This document shows, in pieces, positions 29,405-38,038 of a stretch of DNA of 64,000 nucleotides. The first letter of the stretch is position 1; each line of letters begins with the position of its first letter. The notes below the pieces were generated by a model. It ran no database searches and was not told the origin of the DNA. It saw nothing but the letters and a program-made list of their open reading frames with translations. This DNA comes from Thermoanaerobaculia bacterium (lineage in GTDB: Bacteria; Acidobacteriota; Thermoanaerobaculia; Multivoradales; Multivoraceae): NCBI GenBank assembly GCA_963666565.1, contig OY762911.1, positions 3,712,001 to 3,776,000 of the forward strand. The letters run 5' to 3'. The translations under genes and the position numbers were made by a program.

Positions 29405-31453
29405 TCACGGCAGCGCCAGCGCGACCAGCTTCGGCGTCGTCTTCTGAGCCGCCAGCGCCGCGATCTGCTCCTCGCTGAAGTTCAGGCCGGGATCCTCAGC
29501 GATTTCGCCGAGGTCGGCGAAGAACGAACCGCCTCCCACCGCGACGACGATGTACTGCCTGCCCTCCACCATGTAGGTGATGGGGTTCGCGTGCGGCGTG
29601 TCCGGCAGCGGCACATGGCCCAGCAGTTCCCCTGTCCCCTTGTCGAAGACGTTGAGGCGTGGCGAGTTGTCTTCGCCCCGTCCCCGCCGCTGGGTGACGA
29701 AGAGCAGCGACTTCGTGAGCAGAGGCGCTCCGCTGCCTCCGCCGAGCAGCGGCAGGTCGAGGCCGGCAAGAGCGGGGTGCTCCTTCGGGCCGTGGCCGTT
29801 CGGCGTCATCCAAATGTGCTCGCCGGTGTTCAGATCGATCGCGGTGATCCGGCCCCAGGGCGGCTTGACCAGCGGCAATCCTCCCGGGCTACCGGTGGGG
29901 GCGAAGAAGGAGCCGACGTAGTTCAGGTTCGAGCGCGCCGGGTCGGGCTTGCTCAGTGGATGGACGCTGATCGATGTCGACGACGGCACGTAGAGCACGC
30001 CGGTCTCCGGATCGGCCGCCGCACCCGGCCAGTTCGCCCCGCCGCCCGCGCTCGGCAGCATGAGAACGCCGCTGCCCGTGCTCGGCGGCGTGAAGAGCGG
30101 CCCCATGCGGAAGCCGGACGCGATCTCCTTCGCCTCGGCCAGCAGTTCCGGCGTCAGGTCGATCAGGTCTTCCTCGCTCACCCCCTGGCGGTCGAAGGCC
30201 GGCGGCTTCGTGGGAAACGGCTGGGTGGGCGACGCCCGCTCGCCGGGCACGTCGGACTCCGGCACCGGCCGTTCCTCGATCGGCCAGACCGCTTCCCCGG
30301 TCACCCGATCGAAGACGTAGGTGAACGCCTGCTTGGAGACCTGGGCCAGGGCCTTGATTTCGCGGCCGTCCACCACGATGTCGACGAGCTGCGGCGGCGT
30401 CGGGAAGTCGTAGTCCCACAGCCCGTGGTGAACCGCCTGGAAGTGCCACACCCGCTCGCCGGTGCCGGCGTCCAGGCAGACGATGCTCTCCGCGAACAGG
30501 TTGTCGCCCAGCCGGTGGCCGCCGTAGAAGTCGTTCGTCGGCGTCGATACCGGCAGGTAGACGTAGCCGAGCTCCTCGTCGACCGTCATCATGTTCCAGA
30601 CGTTCGTGTTGCCGCTGTACGTCCAGGAGTCGTTCTCCCAGGTATCGACTCCGTACTCCCCCTCCTGCGGGATGGTGTGGAAGAGCCACTTCAGTTCGCC
30701 GGTGCGCGCGTCGTAGCCGCGGACGTGGCCGGGCGGCGCGGCCTGCCGGATCGGCCCATCGCTGACAACGGAGCCGACCACCACCGTGTTGCCGACGACC
30801 GCCGGCGGCGAGCTGTGGGTGATGGCGCGCGGATTCACCCGGCGCCCGAAGTCCGCCATGCCCCGGTCGGCCAGCATGTCGACCTGGCCGCCCTCGCCGA
30901 AGCCGCCGACCGGTTCGCCGGTCAGCCCGTCGATCGCGATGAGGCGCCGGTCGTGGGTGGGCAGAAAGATGCGCGTCTCGCTCCGGCCGCGGCCGTCCCG
31001 TTCCACCGTCCCCCGCCAGGCGGCGACGCCTCGATGCTGGAAGCCGATGTTCGCCGGCCGGCCGGCGCGCCAGGATTCCGGATCGTAGGTCCAGAGCGTC
31101 TCGCCGGTGGCCGCGTCGATCGCCGCCGCCTGGGAGATCTCCGTGGCGACGTAGAGCACCCCGTCCAGCATGATCGGGATCGGCTTGAACTGCCCCGGCT
31201 TGACCGCGCGGTTCGCCTCGGCGACGGCGGTCGACGGGGACTCCCACTCCCAGGCGACGCGGAGGTCGCGGAAGTTCGAGCGGTCGATCTGGTCGAGAGC
31301 CGAGTACTTCGTGTTGTCGGGGCCGCTGCCGAAGGCCGGCCACTCGACCGTCTCCTCCCCGTCCCGAGCAGCGCCCGGCGTCGCCAGGAGCAGCGTCGCC
31401 GTCGCCGCGGCCGCCAGCGCAACCCGCCACCCGAAGCACCATTCCATCCGCAT
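29405..31453 (-). CDS. Soluble exported PQQ-dependent dehydrogenase (glucose/quinate dehydrogenase-like)
   Basis: AGGAG RBS then ATG at 31453. Signal peptide, KYSALDQI, HRGVA.W, HHGLWDYDFP, SPTQPFPTKP, GGANWPG, KPPWG. Confidence 0.88.
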   Translation of the reverse strand: MRMEWCFGWRVALAAAATATLLLATPGAARDGEETVEWPAFGSGPDNTKYSALDQIDRSNFRDLRVAWEWESPSTAVAEANRAVKPGQFKPIPIMLDGVLYVATEISQAAAIDAATGETLWTYDPESWRAGRPANIGFQHRGVAAWRGTVERDGRGRSETRIFLPTHDRRLIAIDGLTGEPVGGFGEGGQVDMLADRGMADFGRRVNPRAITHSSPPAVVGNTVVVGSVVSDGPIRQAAPPGHVRGYDARTGELKWLFHTIPQEGEYGVDTWENDSWTYSGNTNVWNMMTVDEELGYVYLPVSTPTNDFYGGHRLGDNLFAESIVCLDAGTGERVWHFQAVHHGLWDYDFPTPPQLVDIVVDGREIKALAQVSKQAFTYVFDRVTGEAVWPIEERPVPESDVPGERASPTQPFPTKPPAFDRQGVSEEDLIDLTPELLAEAKEIASGFRMGPLFTPPSTGSGVLMLPSAGGGANWPGAAADPETGVLYVPSSTSISVHPLSKPDPARSNLNYVGSFFAPTGSPGGLPLVKPPWGRITAIDLNTGEHIWMTPNGHGPKEHPALAGLDLPLLGGGSGAPLLTKSLLFVTQRRGRGEDNSPRLNVFDKGTGELLGHVPLPDTPHANPITYMVEGRQYIVVAVGGGSFFADLGEIAEDPGLNFSEEQIAALAAQKTTPKLVALALP

Positions 31454-31620
31454 CCGATACTCCTGTCTGGAGGTACCGGCAGAGCCTATCGTCCGCTCGC
31501 CGCCCGGCCCGCCGCGCACCTCCGCTCGCACCGCCCGAAACCGGGTTATCGTTGCGCCCGCAACGCAGCCAGAAGGCGACCACGGCGCCGCGAACTCCAC
31601 ACGAACTGTTGGGAGGCAAC

Positions 31621-32862
31621 ATGCCAGCACTCGACGGTCTGCGCATTCTCGACCTGACGCAGTACGAAGCCGGTACGTCCTGTACCCAGGCCCTGGCGTG
31701 GCTGGGCGCCGACGTGGTCAAGGTGGAGCGTCCAGGTACCGGCGATCCGGGACGCGGCCTCGCCGGCGGGCGGACAACGGACGACTCCGAGTACTTCCTC
31801 AACTGGAACAGCAACAAGCGGAGCGTCGCAATCAACCTCGCCTCGCCGGAGGGCCGCGACCTGCTGCTGAAGCTGGCGCCCCGCTTCGACATCCTGGTCG
31901 AGAACTTCGGGCCGGGTGTGGTCGAGAAGCTGCGCCTCGACTACGACTCGGTGCGCGAGGTCCATCCCGAGGTGATCTACGGCCGGATCAAGGGCTTCGG
32001 GAACAGCGGCCCGTACAGCGACTACAAGTGCTTCGACCCGGTGGCCCAGGCCGCGGGCGGCGCGATGTCGATCACCGGCGACCCGGACGGGCCGCCGCTG
32101 CGGCCGGGCACGACGATCGGCGACTGCGGTACCGGCGTGCTGATGGCCCTGGCGCTCTGCGCCGCCCACGCGAACCAGCTCCGCACCGGCAAGGGCCAAC
32201 TGGTCGAGATCTCGATGCAGGAGGGCGTGACCTGGTTCATGCGCACGGCGGTCGCGATGGGCGGCGAGTTCGGCAGCAAGGCGGCCCCGCGCAGCGGCAC
32301 CGGGCGCGGGGCAATGATGAACCTGTACCCGTGCAAGCCGTTCGGCCCCAACGACTACGTCTACATGCTGGTGGTCACGAACCGCATGTGGGAGGCGCTG
32401 TGCGGCGCCATCGGCCGCGAGGACCTCGCCGCCGATCCGCGCTTCGAAACGCCCAAGGGGCGCTTCGACAACAGCGAGGAACTGGCCGAGGTCATCGCCG
32501 AGTGGACCGGCCGCCACACGAAGCGGGAGGCGATGTCCATCCTCGGCGACGCCGGCGTGCCGGCGAGCGCCGTGCTCGACACCCTCGACCTGTTCGCCGA
32601 TCCACACCTCAACGACCGCGGGTTCGTGCGGACCGTTCACCACGAATCCAAGGGGCCCGTCCGCGTGCTCGGCTCGCCGATGAACCTCAGCGGCAACGAC
32701 GTCGAGATCGAAGCCGCGCCGCTGCTCGGCCGCCACACGGACAGCGTGCTGGCCAACGAACTGAACCTTTCCCAACCCGAAATCGACCGGCTGCGCGCGG
32801 ACGGCGTGCTGGGCGCCGTGCCCACTCCCGCCGCCGGCGGCGAGGAGACCACGACGACATGA
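31621..32862 (+). CDS. Family III CoA-transferase (formyl-CoA transferase/CaiB-like)
   Basis: GGAGG RBS; LDGLRILDLTQYEAGTSCTQALAWLGADVVKVE, NSNKRS, VENFGPG, IGDCGTG (catalytic Asp), APLLGRHT. Confidence 0.9.
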   Translation: MPALDGLRILDLTQYEAGTSCTQALAWLGADVVKVERPGTGDPGRGLAGGRTTDDSEYFLNWNSNKRSVAINLASPEGRDLLLKLAPRFDILVENFGPGVVEKLRLDYDSVREVHPEVIYGRIKGFGNSGPYSDYKCFDPVAQAAGGAMSITGDPDGPPLRPGTTIGDCGTGVLMALALCAAHANQLRTGKGQLVEISMQEGVTWFMRTAVAMGGEFGSKAAPRSGTGRGAMMNLYPCKPFGPNDYVYMLVVTNRMWEALCGAIGREDLAADPRFETPKGRFDNSEELAEVIAEWTGRHTKREAMSILGDAGVPASAVLDTLDLFADPHLNDRGFVRTVHHESKGPVRVLGSPMNLSGNDVEIEAAPLLGRHTDSVLANELNLSQPEIDRLRADGVLGAVPTPAAGGEETTTT

Positions 32863-34514
32863 CGACCACCACCGGCGCCGACCTGATCGCCCGCAGCCTG
32901 AAGCAGCAGGGCGTCGACTACATGTTCGGCATCGTCGGCTTCCCCGTCTACGGGGTCGCCCACGCCGCCCAGCAGGCGGGAATCCAGTACTACGGCTTCC
33001 GCAACGAGCAGGCGGCCAGCTACGCCGCCGGCGCGGTCGGCTACCTGACGGGGCGGCCGGGGGCCTGCCTCGCCGTCTCCGGCCCGGGGATGGTCCACGG
33101 CATCGCCGGTCTCGCCAACGCGGAGAAGAACTGCTGGCCGATGGTGCTGCTCGGCGGCGCGAACGACCGCTACCAGAACGGCCAGGGCGCCTTCCAGGAG
33201 TGCCCGCAGGTCGAAGCGGCGCGGCCGTTCTCGAAGTACTCGGCGGAGATCGACGCCGCGCACCGGGCGCCGTTCTACGTGGAGCAGGCGGTCCGCACAT
33301 CGATCTACGGCCGGCCCGGCGCCGCCTACCTGAACCTGACGAACGACGTGCTGACCGCCCAGGTCGACGAGGAGGACGTCGAGTCCCCGCCGCGCTGCCC
33401 GGAACCGCCGAAGTCTCTCGCCGATCCGAGGGACGTCGAGCGTGCCGTGGCGGTCCTGCGCGAAGCGAAGAACCCGCTGGTCATCGTCGGCAAGGGCGCG
33501 GCCTACGCCCGCGCGGAACAGGAGGTGCGCAACTTCGTTCAGCGCACCAACCTCCCCGTGCTGCCGACGCCGATGGGCAAGGGCGTCGTCTCAGACGACG
33601 ATCCCCACCTGGTCGCTCCGGCGCGCTCCTTCGCGCTGCAGAACGCCGACGTCGTCCTGCTGATCGGCGCCCGGCTCAACTGGATCCTCCACTTCGGACT
33701 GCCGCCGCGCTTCAGGAAGGGCGTTCGGGTGCTTCAGATCGACCTGAACGCGGAGGAGATCGGCACGAACGTGCCGACCGAGGTCGGCATGGTCGGCGAC
33801 GCGCGGGCGGTGACGGCGCAACTGAACGAGGCGCTCGACGCCGAGCCCTTCGCGCTCGCGGCCGACAACGAGTGGCTGACCGAGCTGCGCGAGAGCGCGA
33901 CCCAGAACCAGGCGGCGGTCCAGGCGATGCTCGAGGACGACACCGAGCCGATGGGCTACTACCGCGCCCTGCGCGAGATCGCCGACCGCCTGGAGCCTCA
34001 GGACATGCTGATCGCCGAAGGCGCGAACACCATGGACATCTCGCGCACCGTGCTGCCGAACATGGAACCGCGCAAGCGGCTCGACGCCGGCACCTTCGGC
34101 ACGATGGGCGTCGGCACGGGCCTCGCCATCGCGGCCGCCGTCGTCCATCCGGACCGGCGCACCATCTGCGTCCAGGGCGACTCGGCGTTCGGGTTCTCGG
34201 GCATGGAGGTCGAGGTCGCTTGCCGCTACGACATGCCGATCACGTTCGTCGTGATCAACAACAACGGCATCGGCGGCGGCGTCAGCGAGTACATTCCAGG
34301 CAAGCCGCTGCCGCCGTCCACCTACACGCTGGGCGCCAGGTACGAGCGCGTCATCGAGGCGTTCGGCGGCACGGGCTACCTGGTCGAGAAAGTGGCCGAC
34401 CTCGGGCCCACGCTCGACAAGGCGCTCGCCTCCGACCGGCCGACGCTGGTCAACGTGCTGATCGACCCGAAGGCGCAGCGCAAGCCGCAGAAGTTCGCCT
34501 GGCTCACCCGCTGA
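32859..34514 (+). CDS. ThDP-dependent 2-hydroxyacyl-CoA lyase / oxalyl-CoA decarboxylase family enzyme
   Basis: ATGA-coupled start. FRNEQAA, GARLNWILHFG, EGANTMDI, LDAGTFGTMGVG, GDSAFGFSGME...NNNG, C-terminal RKPQKFAWLTR. Confidence 0.9.
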   Translation: MTTTTGADLIARSLKQQGVDYMFGIVGFPVYGVAHAAQQAGIQYYGFRNEQAASYAAGAVGYLTGRPGACLAVSGPGMVHGIAGLANAEKNCWPMVLLGGANDRYQNGQGAFQECPQVEAARPFSKYSAEIDAAHRAPFYVEQAVRTSIYGRPGAAYLNLTNDVLTAQVDEEDVESPPRCPEPPKSLADPRDVERAVAVLREAKNPLVIVGKGAAYARAEQEVRNFVQRTNLPVLPTPMGKGVVSDDDPHLVAPARSFALQNADVVLLIGARLNWILHFGLPPRFRKGVRVLQIDLNAEEIGTNVPTEVGMVGDARAVTAQLNEALDAEPFALAADNEWLTELRESATQNQAAVQAMLEDDTEPMGYYRALREIADRLEPQDMLIAEGANTMDISRTVLPNMEPRKRLDAGTFGTMGVGTGLAIAAAVVHPDRRTICVQGDSAFGFSGMEVEVACRYDMPITFVVINNNGIGGGVSEYIPGKPLPPSTYTLGARYERVIEAFGGTGYLVEKVADLGPTLDKALASDRPTLVNVLIDPKAQRKPQKFAWLTR

Positions 34515-34564
34515 CGCGGCTGGCGTGCAGGTTCGGCGACACGGAGCTCCTTCCACACCAGCGT

Positions 34565-34589
34565 CGGGCAGGATGCCCGCGTTCCCAGG
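34565..34589 (-). repeat. REP-like hairpin
   Basis: CGGGC-AGGAT-GCCCG followed by CGTTCCCAGG, intergenic. Confidence 0.5.
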
Positions 34590-34631
34590 TCAGGCAAGAG
34601 CCAGCCAGCCAAGAGAGGAGACCCTGAAGCG

Positions 34632-35486
34632 ATGGGCATCAAGATCGGCGACGTCTCGATCACCCCGATCATCGAGATCGACTACCCGGTGCCAGCGTCC
34701 TTTCTGCTGCCGGACGCGACGCCGGAGAACCTGGCGCCCGACCTCGACTGGCTCGAGCCGCACTTCGTCACGCCCAACGGCGAGCGGCTCAAGATGATCG
34801 TCCAGGCCTTCCTGGTCGAGTCGAAGGGACTCAAGATCGTCGTCGACACCTGCGTCGGCAACGACAAGAAGCGCGCCCTGCCGGCCTGGAACGAGCTCGA
34901 CGGACCGTTCCTCCAGGAGATCCGGGATGCCGGCTTCCCTCGCGAGCAGGTCGACCTGGTCGTCTGCACCCACCTCCACATCGACCACGTGGGCTGGAAC
35001 ACGATGAAGGTCGACGGCGAGTGGGTCCCCACCTTCCCCAACGCCCGCTACGTCATGGCGCGGCCCGAGTTCGAGTACTGGCGGGACGAGGGAGAGGCCA
35101 ACTGGGGCGACGTCTTCGGCGACTCGGTGGCGCCGGTGTTCGAGGCGGGCCTGGTCGACCTCGTCGACTGCGACCACCGGATCAACCCGGAGCTCCAGTT
35201 CTTCCCCACGCCCGGCCACACCCCGGGCCACTGCAGCATCGCCGTCTCCTCCGGCTGCGAGGAGGGCGTGATCTCCGGGGACGTGATGCACCACCCCTGC
35301 CAGTGCGCGCACCCGGAATGGTGTTCGATCGCGGACATCGACCGCGAGGCCGCGATCGCCGCCCGCCGCGGCTTCTGCGAGCGCTTCAGCGACACCGGCA
35401 TCACCGTCGTCGGCACCCACTGGGCAGCGCCGACGGCCGTGCTGCTCACGGCTCACGGCGATGTCTGGAGAACGCAAGTCGCGTAA
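34632..35486 (+). CDS. MBL-fold metallo-hydrolase (AHL-lactonase/methyl-parathion hydrolase-like)
   Basis: VVDTCVG, THLHIDHVGWN, PGHTPGH, SGDVMHHP. Confidence 0.9.
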   Translation: MGIKIGDVSITPIIEIDYPVPASFLLPDATPENLAPDLDWLEPHFVTPNGERLKMIVQAFLVESKGLKIVVDTCVGNDKKRALPAWNELDGPFLQEIRDAGFPREQVDLVVCTHLHIDHVGWNTMKVDGEWVPTFPNARYVMARPEFEYWRDEGEANWGDVFGDSVAPVFEAGLVDLVDCDHRINPELQFFPTPGHTPGHCSIAVSSGCEEGVISGDVMHHPCQCAHPEWCSIADIDREAAIAARRGFCERFSDTGITVVGTHWAAPTAVLLTAHGDVWRTQVA

Positions 35487-35619
35487 GGTCCCGTCGAAAC
35501 CCGCCCGGCAGGTCGGCGGCGCCGCACGCCTGAGTGTGACGTTTGCGTTTCCGCTCGCGCGGTCGAATGCGCTATCGTAGTCACTCCTGTACTCCAGCGT
35601 TCAGCGAGGACGATCCCCA

Positions 35620-37467
35620 ATGAAGGATGACCCGCCCGAGATCGACGCCCCGCGCGAGACCGTCTCGCGACTGAGCCGGGCCCACCTGCAGACGCTGGTC
35701 GACACCTCGCCGGTGGGCATCGTCGTGCTCGACGCCCGGACCGGCCACCCTACGTCCGTCAACCAGGAGGCGACGCGCATCGTCGCCAGCCTCTACGAGG
35801 AAGGCGACACGATCGAGGAGGTGCTGGACAGGGTGACGTGCCGGCGCGGCGACGGCCAGGAAGTCACCACCAGGGAACTCGGGGGCTTCGAGACGATACG
35901 CGCCGAGGAGGTCGAGCTCTTCGACCCGAGCGGCCGGTCGGTACGGACGATGATCGACGTGACGCCGATTCCCGCCGACGACGACGGGGCAGGATCGGTC
36001 GTCGTCACCATGCAGGACCTGGCGCCGCTCGAGGAGCTGGAGCGATCCCGCGCGGACTTCCTCGGCATGGTGAGCCACGAGCTGCGCGCGCCGCTCGCCG
36101 CGATCAAGGGGTCGGCCACCACCATGCTCGACGCCACGCAGAAGTTCGGCCCGGCCGAGACGCTCCAGTTCTTCCGCATCATCGACGGACACGCGGACCG
36201 CATGAGCGGTCTGATCGCCGATCTGCTCGACGCGAGCCGCATCGACGCCGGCACCCTCTCCGTCGACGCCAAGGCGGTGGACGTCGCGAGCCTCCTGGAC
36301 CGGGCGAGGAACACGTTCAAGAGCGCCGGCGGAATGCACGAAGTCCTGATCGACCTGCCGTACGAGCTGCCCCAGGTCAATGCCGACGACTGGCGCGTCG
36401 TTCAGGTGCTGAACAACCTGCTGAACAACGCCTCCCGGCACTCGCCCGTCACGGCGCCGATCCGGATGGCGGCGGCCGTCGACGGCGTACACGTCGCCCT
36501 TTCGGTCTCGGACGAAGGAGACGGCATGCCGCCCGAACGGCTGCGGAGCCTCTTCAGGAAGCAGTCCGGAGCGTCCTCCGGCAGCCTCGAGGGCGTCGCC
36601 GGGGCCGGCCTGGGGCTTTCGATCTGCAAGGGGCTGGTGGAATCGCACGGCGGCCGGATCTGGGCCGAGAGCGGCGGCGAGACAAGGGGTACCCGAGTCA
36701 CCTTCACCCTGCCGGCCGTCGAAGACACGAGCGACGCCCCGGTGATCCGAAGCGGCGAAAGCCGACCCCAGGGGGTGCGCCGCACGAACATCCTCGTCGT
36801 GGACGACGACCCGCAGACGCTGCGCTATGCCCGCGACGCGCTGGCGGCGGCCGGCTACAACCCGATCGTCACGGCCGACCCGCAGGATGCGCCCCGCCTG
36901 GTCAAGACGAAAAAGCCCGCCCTGGTCCTCCTGGACCTGATCCTCCCCGGAACCGACGGCATCGAGCTGATGCAGAGCATTCCCCAGCTCGACGAACTGC
37001 CGACGATCTTCATCTCGGCCTACGGCAGGGACGAGACGATCGCCAAGGCGCTCCAGGCGGGCGCCGACGACTACATCGTCAAGCCGTTCTCCCAGACCGA
37101 ACTGACGGCGCGGGTGCAGGCGGTCCTGCGCCGCCGTGCGTGGCCCGAGCGCAAGCCCTTCCAGCTCGACGACCTCCTGATCGACTACGCGAGACGCAGG
37201 GTCGCCCTGGCCGGCAAGCCGTTGAAGCTGACAGGCACCGAGTACGAGCTGCTGCGCGTGCTTTCGGTGAACGCGGGCCGGGCGATGACCTTCGACGCCC
37301 TGCTGCGCACCGCCTGGGGAGGCAGGTCCACCGAAGGACCGGCGCCGGTGCGCACCATCGTGACGAAGCTCCGCAAGAAGCTCGGCGATCTCGCCTCCGC
37401 GCCGACGTACATCCTGAGCGAGCGCGGTCTCGGCTACCGGATGCGGGCGCCGGACGAAGAGGTCTGA
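35620..37467 (+). CDS. Soluble hybrid regulator: PAS - HisKA - HATPase - receiver - OmpR-type winged helix
   Basis: SHELRAPL (H-box), NLLNNA, D.G.G, GLGLSI, LVVDDD..LLDL..ADDYIVKPF, LTGTEYELL...LRKKL...ERGLGYRM; no TM segment. Confidence 0.9.
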   Translation: MKDDPPEIDAPRETVSRLSRAHLQTLVDTSPVGIVVLDARTGHPTSVNQEATRIVASLYEEGDTIEEVLDRVTCRRGDGQEVTTRELGGFETIRAEEVELFDPSGRSVRTMIDVTPIPADDDGAGSVVVTMQDLAPLEELERSRADFLGMVSHELRAPLAAIKGSATTMLDATQKFGPAETLQFFRIIDGHADRMSGLIADLLDASRIDAGTLSVDAKAVDVASLLDRARNTFKSAGGMHEVLIDLPYELPQVNADDWRVVQVLNNLLNNASRHSPVTAPIRMAAAVDGVHVALSVSDEGDGMPPERLRSLFRKQSGASSGSLEGVAGAGLGLSICKGLVESHGGRIWAESGGETRGTRVTFTLPAVEDTSDAPVIRSGESRPQGVRRTNILVVDDDPQTLRYARDALAAAGYNPIVTADPQDAPRLVKTKKPALVLLDLILPGTDGIELMQSIPQLDELPTIFISAYGRDETIAKALQAGADDYIVKPFSQTELTARVQAVLRRRAWPERKPFQLDDLLIDYARRRVALAGKPLKLTGTEYELLRVLSVNAGRAMTFDALLRTAWGGRSTEGPAPVRTIVTKLRKKLGDLASAPTYILSERGLGYRMRAPDEEV

Positions 37468-37537
37468 GGAGCGCAGTCCGAGGAGCGACGTCGGCCGCCG
37501 GCACGGACCGGCCGCCGGGTTGCTACACTCCGCCGCC

Positions 37538-38026
37538 GTGACGAGGGTCGCCAGAAACCTCTCCGCCGCCTTTGCCGCGACGCTGCCTCTGGCGGCGGCC
37601 TTGGCGTGCGGCGGCGCCGGGGACGCCGGCCCGCCCTTCCGGGAAGTCGCGGGCGTGAGGCTGCTCATGGCCTCCGTGATGGAGCCGGCGGCCGACCACA
37701 TCTGGGCCGCGGTCGGCTGGATCATCAGCCCCGAGGGCGAAGAGCACATCCAGCCCGAGACGGACGAGGAGTGGACGCTCGTCCGCAACGCGGCCGTCGC
37801 GGTCGCCGAGTCCGGCAACCTGCTGATGATGAACCGGCGGAGGATGGACGACGAGGACTGGGTCGCGTGGAGCCGGCAGTTGATCGACGCCGGCGACGCC
37901 GCGATGCAGGCGGCCGACGCGCGCGACGTCCAGGGCGTGTTCGACACCGGCGAGCAGATCTACTTCGCCTGCGCCGGCTGCCACGCGCAGTACTGGGCCA
38001 ACGACCCGAACCAGTTCCGCCAGTAA
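37538..38026 (+). CDS. Cytochrome c'-like lipoprotein
   Basis: Lipobox-like LAAALAC, helical body, C-terminal CAGCH. Start uncertain (TTG 37520 or GTG 37538). Confidence 0.7.
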   Translation: MTRVARNLSAAFAATLPLAAALACGGAGDAGPPFREVAGVRLLMASVMEPAADHIWAAVGWIISPEGEEHIQPETDEEWTLVRNAAVAVAESGNLLMMNRRRMDDEDWVAWSRQLIDAGDAAMQAADARDVQGVFDTGEQIYFACAGCHAQYWANDPNQFRQ

Positions 38027-38038
38027 GGCCCGACCGCG

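Noticed and set aside
31170-32858. 1114-aa ORF as a single fused enzyme
   Set aside because: The upstream part is an off-frame overlap of the CoA-transferase; the lyase starts at the ATGA at 32859.
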